IMG/VR virus record: IMGVR_UViG_3300017780_001544
Span: 2,497 to 66,496 of that record
Source of the DNA: a virus
Taxonomy: Duplodnaviria > Caudoviricetes
DNA: 64,000 nt
Direction: 5' to 3' (one strand)
Position numbers and translations under genes: made by a program. A model generated the notes under the pieces. The model had not been told where the DNA came from, made no database searches, and worked only from the letters and a program-made list of their open reading frames with translations. Numbering within the stretch: position 1 is the stretch's first letter; each line of letters begins with the position of its first letter. Shown here one piece after another: positions 18,903-27,124 of this stretch.

Positions 18903-19071
18903 GTTTATCCTCACCCGTCGTCACAAGGTATTCGGTGCAGTACCCCGATGCTACGCATTTGGGTTTCTTACACTCCTCAACCTCCCAATTATCAGGGTCT
19001 TGGCAGTCGTACCGGAAACGGTCTTGACAACCAGTAAGGGCTAACAAAGCTAACAAAGCAGCAAAACGCAT
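18889..19071 (-). CDS. Cys-rich lipoprotein (o-spanin-like), 60 aa
   Basis: Signal peptide MRFAALLALLA with lipobox LTG-C and four further Cys. First gene of the lysis cassette. Confidence 0.65.
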   Translation of the reverse strand: MRFAALLALLALTGCQDRFRYDCQDPDNWEVEECKKPKCVASGYCTEYLVTTGEDKHEAD

Positions 19072-19081
19072 CTTAGTAAAC

Positions 19082-19675
19082 CTACCGAAACTTTGGGCCG
19101 GATAGCCATACCACAAGAGTACGTCTTGTACCAGACGTAATAGGTGTAACCCTATGGAGTACAAAGCTGGGGAACGCCACAACAAGCCCCTGCTTCTTCT
19201 CCATCTGCGTAGGTTCAAGCCCTGTGAATACCTCAAGGTCCCCGCCTTCGTACTCGGAAGGGTCTGATAACTGCATCACTAAAGACAGCTTACGCGGGGC
19301 TTGGCCTCCACTAGAGCCACGGTCCAGATGCCATCCGTAATGCCCACCGTTCTCACGGTAGACCGTATACTGGATGTCTTCGACAAACCCAAAAAGGTCG
19401 AAGTCGAAGAACTGGCCGTTTAACTGGCGAGCGATGAACCCGAGGGTATCATAGATAAATGTGCTGTCTGGGTTAAGCCCAATCCAGCCTGTCTCGGAAA
19501 GCCGTATCGTATCCGATAAATTCCCATCCCCTACTGTAGCAGGGTTAAGTGGTAGCGCATCGCCAAGGGCGCGAATGCTTTCGATTTGTTCGACAGTAAA
19601 GCCGTTATCCCATGTAGCAAAACTGTTCTCGCCTACGCCCAGTGATGGGGGCGGAGCCAGTGAGTAGACGGCCAT
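19082..19675 (-). CDS. 2OG-Fe(II) oxygenase, prolyl 4-hydroxylase-like (PKHD type), 197 aa
   Basis: HYGWHLD (HxD), RKLSLVMQLS..EYEGGDL, FPSFVLHRVTPITSGTRRTLVVW (distal His and 2OG-binding Arg). Confidence 0.9.
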   Translation of the reverse strand: MAVYSLAPPPSLGVGENSFATWDNGFTVEQIESIRALGDALPLNPATVGDGNLSDTIRLSETGWIGLNPDSTFIYDTLGFIARQLNGQFFDFDLFGFVEDIQYTVYRENGGHYGWHLDRGSSGGQAPRKLSLVMQLSDPSEYEGGDLEVFTGLEPTQMEKKQGLVVAFPSFVLHRVTPITSGTRRTLVVWLSGPKFR

Positions 19676-20379
19676 TATTTACGCTCCCAGATTTCGTCAC
19701 GGTACATACTGATACGGCTGCTGCGCTTTGTGCGAACATCATCTACTTTACGTAGTTCTTCGTCAGAAAAAGCACGAACCCCGTAGTCTCGGAACAGCGC
19801 CGAGCGCTTGACCGGGATAACCTGAACTAGCGGAGTACCAGCAGGGATGATGCCATGGAACCCCGGCTCGTTCCATACAAAGGGGAAGTTGATGAACTCG
19901 AAGTAGCCGTCTGCGTCCACCATCCCAGAAAATACCGTAAAGCGCGGATCAGGGCGGTTGAGCGGCGGCATAAACAGCAGCGAATAACCCGGAGGGCACT
20001 TAATAGCCCAGTGGTTCATCCACTTCATGGGTGGCTGGTTTTTATGAGGCGCAGGACATTTATCGTTCGTCACCTGCTCTTGGAGGTGGTTCTCAATCAT
20101 AGGGCGACTAAACTTCGAACTATACGATATACCTGAAGCATCGTCATTGGCCGTAAGTTCGACATCAGCCGCGAGAGGGATGATCCACCCAGTTACCATA
20201 GCATCCAAGAATGGTGGGCAGCGCTTAAGTGTGCCGCTATCAAGCCCGGGATGCATACGCTTACTTAGAGCTTTGTACCAATCAGGGATAAGTTTTCTGG
20301 CCTCGTACGGCGCAGGTATATTACCGAGGTATTGATCGTACGTGAGGAACTCTAGCTTCGGTTTACGCTTCCAAAACAT
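19675..20379 (-). CDS. Conserved oxygenase-associated protein (DUF6065-like, dUTPase-like beta fold), 234 aa
   Basis: KRCPPFLDAMVTGWIIP, WAIKCPPGYSLLF, SGMVDAD, IPAGTPLVQVIP. Recalled as a family commonly adjacent to phage 2OG oxygenases. Confidence 0.6.
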   Translation of the reverse strand: MFWKRKPKLEFLTYDQYLGNIPAPYEARKLIPDWYKALSKRMHPGLDSGTLKRCPPFLDAMVTGWIIPLAADVELTANDDASGISYSSKFSRPMIENHLQEQVTNDKCPAPHKNQPPMKWMNHWAIKCPPGYSLLFMPPLNRPDPRFTVFSGMVDADGYFEFINFPFVWNEPGFHGIIPAGTPLVQVIPVKRSALFRDYGVRAFSDEELRKVDDVRTKRSSRISMYRDEIWERK

Positions 20380-20382
20380 AAA

Positions 20383-20565
20383 TTAATTCTGCCCATTTCC
20401 GGCGCGGAAGTCGGGTTGCCCCCCGCTTTCTATAAATGCTTTACACTGTTCAACCTCGGATGCACCCCGTAAAATGTGGTCGTCGTGCAAACTGAACGAC
20501 AGGCTAGACACCCAATCACGTAGATGAACCGGCAATTTGTCATAGCACCGCATGACAAGCTCCAT
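20383..20565 (-). CDS. Small hypothetical protein, ~60 aa
   Basis: Fills the gap in the operon between the Gly-X-Y gene and the DUF6065-like gene. Start uncertain (track uses TTG 20592). Confidence 0.45.
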   Translation of the reverse strand: MELVMRCYDKLPVHLRDWVSSLSFSLHDDHILRGASEVEQCKAFIESGGQPDFRAGNGQN

Positions 20566-20576
20566 GCGTTTTTGGT

Positions 20577-23500
20577 CTACTGGCGTGCCCAACTGACCTG
20601 CACCTGACCAGCGGCGCTACCCGACCCAATTGTTACCGTATACGGGTTGAGTGGCGCAAGGCCAGTATTGGCATAGTTTGCCGGAGACGCAGGAGTAGCA
20701 GAACCGCCAGCATTACCAGCGCCACCGCTTTGTCCCGGCCAAGATGTAGGCGCAGCGCCACCGGCCCCACCGGAAGTTGCACCGGTACCAGCATTACCTG
20801 AAGCACCTGTGTTTCCTGCGGTACCCGCAGCACCGTTGCCACCCGCGTTGCCGGGGCTTCCCGCACCGCCTGATGTCGCCCCCGTGCCTGCGTTACCTGC
20901 CGTACCGGTGTTACCTGCGGTACCGTTAGCGCCGTTGCCACCTGCATTACCCGGAGAGCCTGCACCTCCTGAGGTTGCGCCCGTACCAGCATTACCCGCA
21001 GTGCCTGTATTCCCTGCCGTACCTGCAGCGCCAGCGCCACCTGCATTACCCGGAGTTCCACCGCCACCTGCAGTTGCGCCAGTACCAGCATTACCAGCCG
21101 TGCCCGTATTCCCTGCCGTACCTGCAGCGCCAGCACCGCCAGAGTTACCCGGAGTTCCTCCGCTACCCGCAGTGGCACCAGTACCGGCATTACCCGCAGC
21201 GCCTGTGTTTCCTGCGGTACCGTTAGCGCCAGCACCACCAGCGTTACCCGGAGAACCCGCACTACCTGAGGTTGCGCCAGTACCTGCGCTACCCGCAGCG
21301 CCTACGTTGCCCGCTGCACCAGCAGTACCGGGGTTACCCGCACCACCAGCAGACCCAGCACCGCCGCCGCCGCCGCCACTACCAGTGGTAGACGCACTAG
21401 AGCCTCCCGGACCACCACTACCCCCAAAAGGCGAACCGCCTGAACCACCAGCGCCACCAGCGTTACCAGTTGACCCTGTTGAACCGCCCGGACTACCCCC
21501 AGCACCACCTGCTCCGTTACCATTAAGATTAGCAGTGCCGCCACCACCGCCCGTACCACCAGCGCCACCAGCAGTGCCGCCATTACCTGCGGCACCGTTG
21601 TTTCCGGGGTTACCACTACCACCGATATTTCCGGGGTTGCCCGCATTACCTCGTGCACCGCCCGCGCCACCGTTACCCGCAGCACCGTTGGTACCGGGAT
21701 TTCCTGAGTTACCGATTGATCCTGCGTTGCCGGGATTTCCTGCGTTCCCTCGTGCGCCGCCCGCACCGCCATTACCGGCAGCGCCGTTATTTCCGGGGTT
21801 CCCTGAGTTGCCAATCCCACCTGCGTTGCCGGGGTTGCCAGCAGCGCCAGCATTCCCGCCCGCACCGCCATTACCTGCGGCACCGTTATTTCCGGGGTTC
21901 CCTGAGTTGCCTATAGCACCGGGGTTTCCTGAGGTTCCCGCAGTGCCAGCATTTCCACCTGCGCCACCGTTACCTGCGGCACCGTTATTTCCGGGGTTCC
22001 CTGAGTTGCCAATCCCACCTGCGTTACCCGCGTTTCCAGCGGCACCTGCGTTTCCGCCCGCACCGCCATTACCTGCGGCACCGTTATTTCCGGGGTTCCC
22101 TGCGTTACCAATAGACCCTGTGTTACCAGCGTTACCAGCAGCGCCAGCGGTACCTGCCGTGCCTCCGGGGCCAGCCGCGCCAGCCGTACCACCATTTCCG
22201 GCAGTACCCCCCGCAGTACCGGGGAAGGTATAGAGCGCACCAAATACCGTGTTGTTACCCGCGCTCCCTGCCGAACCAGTAGTGCCGGGATTACCTGCAG
22301 CACCTGAGTTTCCTGTGTTACCCGCAGTCCCAGCCACACCAGCTTTATTCGGCCAAGTAGTAGGCGCAGCGCCGCCTGCGCCGCCGGAAGTTGCACCTGT
22401 ACCCGCGTTACCAGCCGTACCTGTGTTCCCAGCCGTACCTGCGGCACCATTACCCCCAGCATTACCGGGGCTTCCCGCCCCTCCAGAAGTAGCTCCAGTC
22501 CCTGCGTTACCTGCGGCACCCGTGTTGCCCGCAGTACCATTAGCACCCGCGCCACCAGCATTACCCGGAGTTCCACCGCCCCCTGCGGTTGCGCCAGTTC
22601 CTGCGTTACCGTTAGCACCTGTGGTTCCGGCGTTACCAGCAGCACCTGCGCCCCCTGCGTTACCCGGAGTTCCGCCGCCCCCTGCAGTTGCTCCAGTGCC
22701 TGCGTTGCCGTTAGCGCCTGTGTTTCCTGCAGTACCGTTAGCGCCTGCGCCGCCCGCGTTACCCGGAGAACCCGCGCTACCCGAAGTTGCACCGGTACCT
22801 GCGTTCCCTGCTGCACCTGTATTTCCTGCAACACCGTTAGCACCTGCGCCGCCGGGGTTACCCGCACCGCCTGTTCCCGCTCCTGTCCCTGCTGTACCAG
22901 CGTTACCCGCCGCACCCGAAGTACCCGCGTTGCCTGTACCCCCCGGTGTTCCGGGCCTAGACGGGACAGGGGAGTTACCACCATTACCCGCGCTACCGCC
23001 GTTACCATTGATAGCCCCGCTACCCGCACTACCCGCACTACCCGCACTACCTGCGGTGCCGGGGTCGAGATCAGGGACAAAGTAAGCAGAGCCAGAACCT
23101 CCGCCGCCTCCGCCGCCTCCGCCGGGACGACCAGCATTACCTGCAGTACCGGGGTTACCAGCAGCGCCAGCCGCACCACCATTACCGGCAGCACCGTTAT
23201 TTCCGGGGTTTCCTGAGTTGCCTATGGCACCTGAGTTACCGGGATTTCCTGCGTTTCCTCGTGCCCCGCCAGCACCCCCGTTACCCGCAGCACCATTGTT
23301 GCCGGGGTTTCCTGAGTTGCCTATAGCGCCGGGGTTCCCTGCGTTACCCGCAGCACCTGCGTTTCCGCCCGCACCGCCGTTACCGGCAGCGCCGTTATTT
23401 CCGGGATTTCCTGAGTTGCCTATGGCACCTGCGTTGCCGGGGTTGCCCGCCGCGCCTGCGTTTCCCCCAGCGCCACCATTGCCAGCCGCGCCATTAGTTC

Positions 23501-23903
23501 CGGGGTTGCCCGAGTTACCTATGGCACCCGGGTTTCCTGCTGTACCTGCAGCACCAGCGTTCCCGCCCGCACCCCCAGTACCCGCAGCGCCATTATTTCC
23601 GGGGTTGCCCGAGTTACCGATCCCACCTGCGTTGCCGGGGTTGCCAGCAGCGCCAGCGGTCCCACCAGTGCCGCCGGGGCCACCTACACCATTGTTTCCG
23701 GGGTTCCCTGCATTCCCTGCACCGCCGATAGTACCAGCGTTTCCGGGGTTACCAGCCGTGCCAGCGTTTCCGGGAGAACCCACACCGGCTACCGTCGCCT
23801 TACGCACACCAAAAGGAGCAGTCCAAGTCTGGCTGCTGTTAATGGTAATGCTGCCCGCTTGCACTAGAGTGCGGGTACGGAGCAAGGAAGCCAGTGCGGG
23901 CAT
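20577..23903 (-). CDS. Giant Gly-X-Y repeat virion protein (collagen-like or polyglycine-II bundle), 1108 aa
   Basis: About 73 uninterrupted Gly-X-Y triplets from aa 42, with 33-aa super-repeats. The termini (SSQTWTAPFGV...AGQVQVSW) resemble those of the 203-aa Gly-rich tip protein. Confidence 0.85.
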   Translation of the reverse strand: MPALASLLRTRTLVQAGSITINSSQTWTAPFGVRKATVAGVGSPGNAGTAGNPGNAGTIGGAGNAGNPGNNGVGGPGGTGGTAGAAGNPGNAGGIGNSGNPGNNGAAGTGGAGGNAGAAGTAGNPGAIGNSGNPGTNGAAGNGGAGGNAGAAGNPGNAGAIGNSGNPGNNGAAGNGGAGGNAGAAGNAGNPGAIGNSGNPGNNGAAGNGGAGGARGNAGNPGNSGAIGNSGNPGNNGAAGNGGAAGAAGNPGTAGNAGRPGGGGGGGGGSGSAYFVPDLDPGTAGSAGSAGSAGSGAINGNGGSAGNGGNSPVPSRPGTPGGTGNAGTSGAAGNAGTAGTGAGTGGAGNPGGAGANGVAGNTGAAGNAGTGATSGSAGSPGNAGGAGANGTAGNTGANGNAGTGATAGGGGTPGNAGGAGAAGNAGTTGANGNAGTGATAGGGGTPGNAGGAGANGTAGNTGAAGNAGTGATSGGAGSPGNAGGNGAAGTAGNTGTAGNAGTGATSGGAGGAAPTTWPNKAGVAGTAGNTGNSGAAGNPGTTGSAGSAGNNTVFGALYTFPGTAGGTAGNGGTAGAAGPGGTAGTAGAAGNAGNTGSIGNAGNPGNNGAAGNGGAGGNAGAAGNAGNAGGIGNSGNPGNNGAAGNGGAGGNAGTAGTSGNPGAIGNSGNPGNNGAAGNGGAGGNAGAAGNPGNAGGIGNSGNPGNNGAAGNGGAGGARGNAGNPGNAGSIGNSGNPGTNGAAGNGGAGGARGNAGNPGNIGGSGNPGNNGAAGNGGTAGGAGGTGGGGGTANLNGNGAGGAGGSPGGSTGSTGNAGGAGGSGGSPFGGSGGPGGSSASTTGSGGGGGGAGSAGGAGNPGTAGAAGNVGAAGSAGTGATSGSAGSPGNAGGAGANGTAGNTGAAGNAGTGATAGSGGTPGNSGGAGAAGTAGNTGTAGNAGTGATAGGGGTPGNAGGAGAAGTAGNTGTAGNAGTGATSGGAGSPGNAGGNGANGTAGNTGTAGNAGTGATSGGAGSPGNAGGNGAAGTAGNTGASGNAGTGATSGGAGGAAPTSWPGQSGGAGNAGGSATPASPANYANTGLAPLNPYTVTIGSGSAAGQVQVSWARQ

Positions 23904-23906
23904 TGG

Positions 23907-24230
23907 TTACTCCGCAGTCAGAGCGACGAGTTCCACCAAGTTGGAATTTTTGATAGCGTCAAGGCCGTACAGGCACTGATGGACTGTGCTGTAATCATCG
24001 TGGCGCTCTTCATAGATTACGAAAGGGAACTCTGTAAGTTCGATGGTAGCACCACCGAATGTCCAAGTACCAATCGCGTCAAACACGCTCTGATGCTGCG
24101 CTGGGTCACCATAATGCAGGTGAGTATGGGGAATATCATTGTCCTGCATCCAAGCCAGCGCTTCCGCACTGTCGGCTCCCGTCAAGGACAGACCGGTATA
24201 AAGATGGATGTTTGCGATACCTACGAGCAT
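23907..24230 (-). CDS. Glutaredoxin-like fold protein lacking CxxC, 107 aa
   Basis: IHLYT strand, helix SAEALAWMQDNDIPH, FPFVIY (cis-Pro-like) and LYGLDAI match the Grx pattern. No CxxC. Confidence 0.45.
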   Translation of the reverse strand: MLVGIANIHLYTGLSLTGADSAEALAWMQDNDIPHTHLHYGDPAQHQSVFDAIGTWTFGGATIELTEFPFVIYEERHDDYSTVHQCLYGLDAIKNSNLVELVALTAE

Positions 24231-24245
24231 TCCGTTATCTCCTTG

Positions 24246-24923
24246 TTAGCTCAGGTTGGCCAAAGCCTGACCGCCATAGAATGTAGTGCCACCATCTACC
24301 GTAAAAAAGGTGATGACGTCAGTACGGTTAGCAGCCGTGGCGAGAACTGGGGATACACTATCTGTGAACTTACAGCTAGCAGGATATGTCAAGAGCCGGT
24401 TACCTGTCGCGTCCTGCTTGACGATAAGCGTGACGGAGAAAGATGCACCCGAAGCCGGTAAGTTCGAAAACGCCAACGCAGTGGTAGACGCGGTTAGGGT
24501 AACCGTGAACACGTTGGCCGTGCTGAGATCGAGCGTAACAGTACCCGCAGAGGGAGTAGATGTCGTTACGGTCTCATTATACGCTTGGAGCTTCTTGTTG
24601 GATATAGTCTGGGCAACGTCGGTCATGACCGCACGTTCTGTCGGATACGACGAGAATACGTTAGACGTACCGCTAAGGGTGATTGCCGAGCCACCCGCGC
24701 TAGACGACAGGATCGTTGTACGTGCTAGCGTAGTACCAGAGGATGTATACGTACCTATACCTACTTCCCAAGCTGTACCACTGGTAATAGTGTAGTAGGT
24801 AGTATTAGCGTTACCGATAACCGCAAACGACTGAAAGCCACTAACGGCACCAGCAAGGGTTACCGTGCCAGTGCCTGTAGTGGTCGTCGTCTCTTGTACG
24901 CGGTTAGCGATAACAAAGGCCAT
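24246..24923 (-). CDS. Short fibre/baseplate-like virion protein, 225 aa
   Basis: MAFVIANRVQETTTTTGTGTVTL...WEVGIGTY anchor and a C-terminal LDLSTANVF...KQDATGNRLLTYP...DVITFFTVDGGTTFYG fibre-end domain. Confidence 0.7.
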   Translation of the reverse strand: MAFVIANRVQETTTTTGTGTVTLAGAVSGFQSFAVIGNANTTYYTITSGTAWEVGIGTYTSSGTTLARTTILSSSAGGSAITLSGTSNVFSSYPTERAVMTDVAQTISNKKLQAYNETVTTSTPSAGTVTLDLSTANVFTVTLTASTTALAFSNLPASGASFSVTLIVKQDATGNRLLTYPASCKFTDSVSPVLATAANRTDVITFFTVDGGTTFYGGQALANLS

Positions 24924-25396
24924 TATGCGATCCTGATGATAGCCGAGGTATTGTTATTCGTCGGGAAGATGATGGTGAAGTCACCCGCCGTTGAAGTTTT
25001 ATCCGAGCCAAAATCTAGTACAGCCACAGCAGCGTTGGTCAGCGTGGTGTTCGCCGTGCCGTTAGCCGAAGGGGTTGTGTTATAGATCATCGCGCCACGA
25101 GCCGTAACCGTAGCGTTTGTGAATGTCAGGTTGCTGAAGGTCGTGAAACCCGTACCAGCCGAGGCCGAGGTGTTCGTAGCAGTCACACCACCGTTGGTCA
25201 GCGCAGCGCCGCCAGCCGTGTAGTTCGTACCGGTGGACTCGTTGGTCGCCGTGTCAGCAGTCGTGTTGGCGTCAATCGTAGCCGACGAAGTGTACAGCGC
25301 CAGCTTGAAGGTGTCGCCACCTGTGCTACGGAAATCGTGCACGCAAAGCAGGATTTCGGCCTTGAAGCTAGTTGTCATAGCTTGAGTAATGGGCAT
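24923..25396 (-). CDS. Virion structural protein, 157 aa
   Basis: TSFKAEIL...FKLALYT...YTAGG...ARGAMIYN...VLDFGSDKTSTAGDFTIIFP, a widespread phage structural family. Confidence 0.7.
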   Translation of the reverse strand: MPITQAMTTSFKAEILLCVHDFRSTGGDTFKLALYTSSATIDANTTADTATNESTGTNYTAGGAALTNGGVTATNTSASAGTGFTTFSNLTFTNATVTARGAMIYNTTPSANGTANTTLTNAAVAVLDFGSDKTSTAGDFTIIFPTNNNTSAIIRIA

Positions 25397-25407
25397 TAGT
25401 GTTCTCC

Positions 25408-25692
25408 TTAAGAGTCAATCAGTTTTACAAGCTCAGGAAACCCAGCTTCGGTAAACTTAGCTGCCAGAGTTACGTTACGCGAGCGCATGGCCTCACGCAT
25501 GAAGTAGATGAGCACTTCGCGCAGGTTCTCTCGGAAGGCGCGAGCCTGATCCGCGATTACCGGAGGTGCGTTATCACCTACATTGATAATTTGGTTAAGG
25601 GCGCGCTCAGCAAGCTCTTCTGCGGAAAAACCACGACCAGTTGTGGTCATGACCTGCACAGTGCCAAGAGCGGAGGAAAGTTCATCAATCAT
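25408..25692 (-). CDS. Conserved hypothetical phage protein, 94 aa
   Basis: In the operon (ATGA overlap). VMTTTGRGFSAEELAERAL...IADQARAFR motif. Confidence 0.6.
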   Translation of the reverse strand: MIDELSSALGTVQVMTTTGRGFSAEELAERALNQIINVGDNAPPVIADQARAFRENLREVLIYFMREAMRSRNVTLAAKFTEAGFPELVKLIDS

Positions 25693-26348
25693 CGTACGGG
25701 GTACCTAGCTTGTGGTGTACGGTACATATCCTGCCGGTTCTTGCCCTCGCCAAGTTGCTTGAGCATACCCATCGCTTCGTCATACCGTTTCTGGTATCCA
25801 GCTATAACATCTGCTTCACCTTTCATAAAGGTATAAGCTTCCAACAGAGAGCCGTAGAGCAGCACGCTGTCGAAATTGTCGCCAAGCCATGTGGTACCGG
25901 CTGTCACGATGGACGGTGGGTAGTAGAAATAATGCAGTTCGACCGAATAAGAAGCGTCGGGTGTGGGGCCGAGAATATATGAGTTCTCGTCAAAGTACGC
26001 ATAATGCGTAGGAAGCCCCGTGCTGGTCGGGTTAGGGAACGACTCACGGATGAAGTTTACATCCTTATTCAGCAGATAGCTGTACTTCCCATCACCGTCG
26101 ATCACAGCCAGCGAAAAGTTCGCCAGCCAATCGGACGGCACCGAGAGGTACTTATTTCCTGATGTGACGTTCCCAGTCACGTTCTTACGCAGGTCCAGCA
26201 ACTGGACTGTGTTGAAGATACGCTGCTCTGCTTCTTGGATGAAGATGTCAATCTGCTCAGTGGACGTCAGACCGCCAGACCCCGCCGTGTCCGGGAAGTC
26301 GTTTTCGGTATACGCCTTAATGGCAGAGACAAGAGCAGCGTAGTTCAT
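25689..26348 (-). CDS. Head-tail adaptor (tail tubular protein A-like), 219 aa
   Basis: MNYAALVSAIKAYTEN...FIQEAEQRIF...GLPTHYA...LGPTPDASYSVELHYFYYP...LLYGSLLEAY. Confidence 0.75.
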   Translation of the reverse strand: MNYAALVSAIKAYTENDFPDTAGSGGLTSTEQIDIFIQEAEQRIFNTVQLLDLRKNVTGNVTSGNKYLSVPSDWLANFSLAVIDGDGKYSYLLNKDVNFIRESFPNPTSTGLPTHYAYFDENSYILGPTPDASYSVELHYFYYPPSIVTAGTTWLGDNFDSVLLYGSLLEAYTFMKGEADVIAGYQKRYDEAMGMLKQLGEGKNRQDMYRTPQARYPVR

Positions 26349-26551
26349 TAGCCCATCTTCGTGCTGCTGCTGTTCCCACGGGTGGTGTTTTTAGTACCAC
26401 GGGTACGCAGCGTTTGGGTGTTGGCGATCTTATTTGGATAGCCGTTATTGCCGAGGTCGATGGCAGTGCCACCCGACATGTTGTGTGGTTTGGCGTAGAC
26501 GCTGGCAGGACCAACCTCATTACCACCTTTTTTCATGCTGAACTTAGCCAT
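26348..26551 (-). CDS. Small basic virion-module protein, 67 aa
   Basis: Overlaps both neighbours. MKKGG motif and RTRGTKNTTRG tail. Confidence 0.6.
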   Translation of the reverse strand: MAKFSMKKGGNEVGPASVYAKPHNMSGGTAIDLGNNGYPNKIANTQTLRTRGTKNTTRGNSSSTKMG

Positions 26552-26672
26552 TCTTCACCACCTTCACTTCGTTCTTTGGAACTGAACGCACAGCGCTTTT
26601 CTGGTTGGCAATCTTAGCGAGATTGCGGCCCAGCTTTAACATTTGTTCGTTGGTTTTACCACCCTTAGCCAT
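26544..26672 (-). CDS. Small basic protein, 42 aa (MAKGGKTNEQMLKLGRNLAKIANQK...)
   Basis: Below the track threshold. AGGAG RBS, MAKGG start, stop overlaps the next start. Confidence 0.6.
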   Translation of the reverse strand: MAKGGKTNEQMLKLGRNLAKIANQKSAVRSVPKNEVKVVKNG

Positions 26673-26681
26673 AACTTACTC

Positions 26682-27116
26682 CTACGTTTGTACCGTTACC
26701 GTACCTACTTCACCTGTACCTACTAGCGTACTTACGAGATCAGGCAAAGCTAAAGGATTATTCAACCCTACAGGACCCCACCCCCACTGAATAATACGAC
26801 TACCATCACTAGGCCCACCAAAAGCCAACTGGTTGCTAGCTGGCACTTCACCCTGAGTTTTTATCTTAAGCCCAGTCATACCTGCTTGCCAGTAGCTGAC
26901 ATCAGGGCGCGGGTTACGCAGCGCCTGAGGGTCATCAACTGGATACATGCCAATTTGAAGCTGCGGCTGGTCAGGTTCCCAACAAGTTGGGCACACAAGG
27001 ATATTGGTGCTTTTAGTCTTAATGGTGAGCTTCTTAAGCTGCTTGAGCTTGTAGCGTTGGCCACAGCGGTCGCATTCTGAGATAGCCCACTTACCAGAGG
27101 CAAACGGATTGGGCAT
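26682..27116 (-). CDS. Zinc-ribbon protein of the head-tail module, 144 aa
   Basis: CDRCG...VCPTCWEPDQPQL...DDPQALRNPRPD. Confidence 0.7.
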   Translation of the reverse strand: MPNPFASGKWAISECDRCGQRYKLKQLKKLTIKTKSTNILVCPTCWEPDQPQLQIGMYPVDDPQALRNPRPDVSYWQAGMTGLKIKTQGEVPASNQLAFGGPSDGSRIIQWGWGPVGLNNPLALPDLVSTLVGTGEVGTVTVQT

Positions 27117-27124
27117 CGTACCTC

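Noticed and set aside
20577-23903. 99-nt tandem repeats as a CRISPR array or DGR template
   Set aside because: The repeats are in-frame, synonymous-diverged and lack unique spacers. There is no reverse transcriptase or cas operon.
20633-23979. Pro/Ala-rich plus-strand ORFs and alternate-frame minus ORFs (209-474 aa)
   Set aside because: By-products of the Gly-X-Y repeat. No independent signal for overlapping genes.
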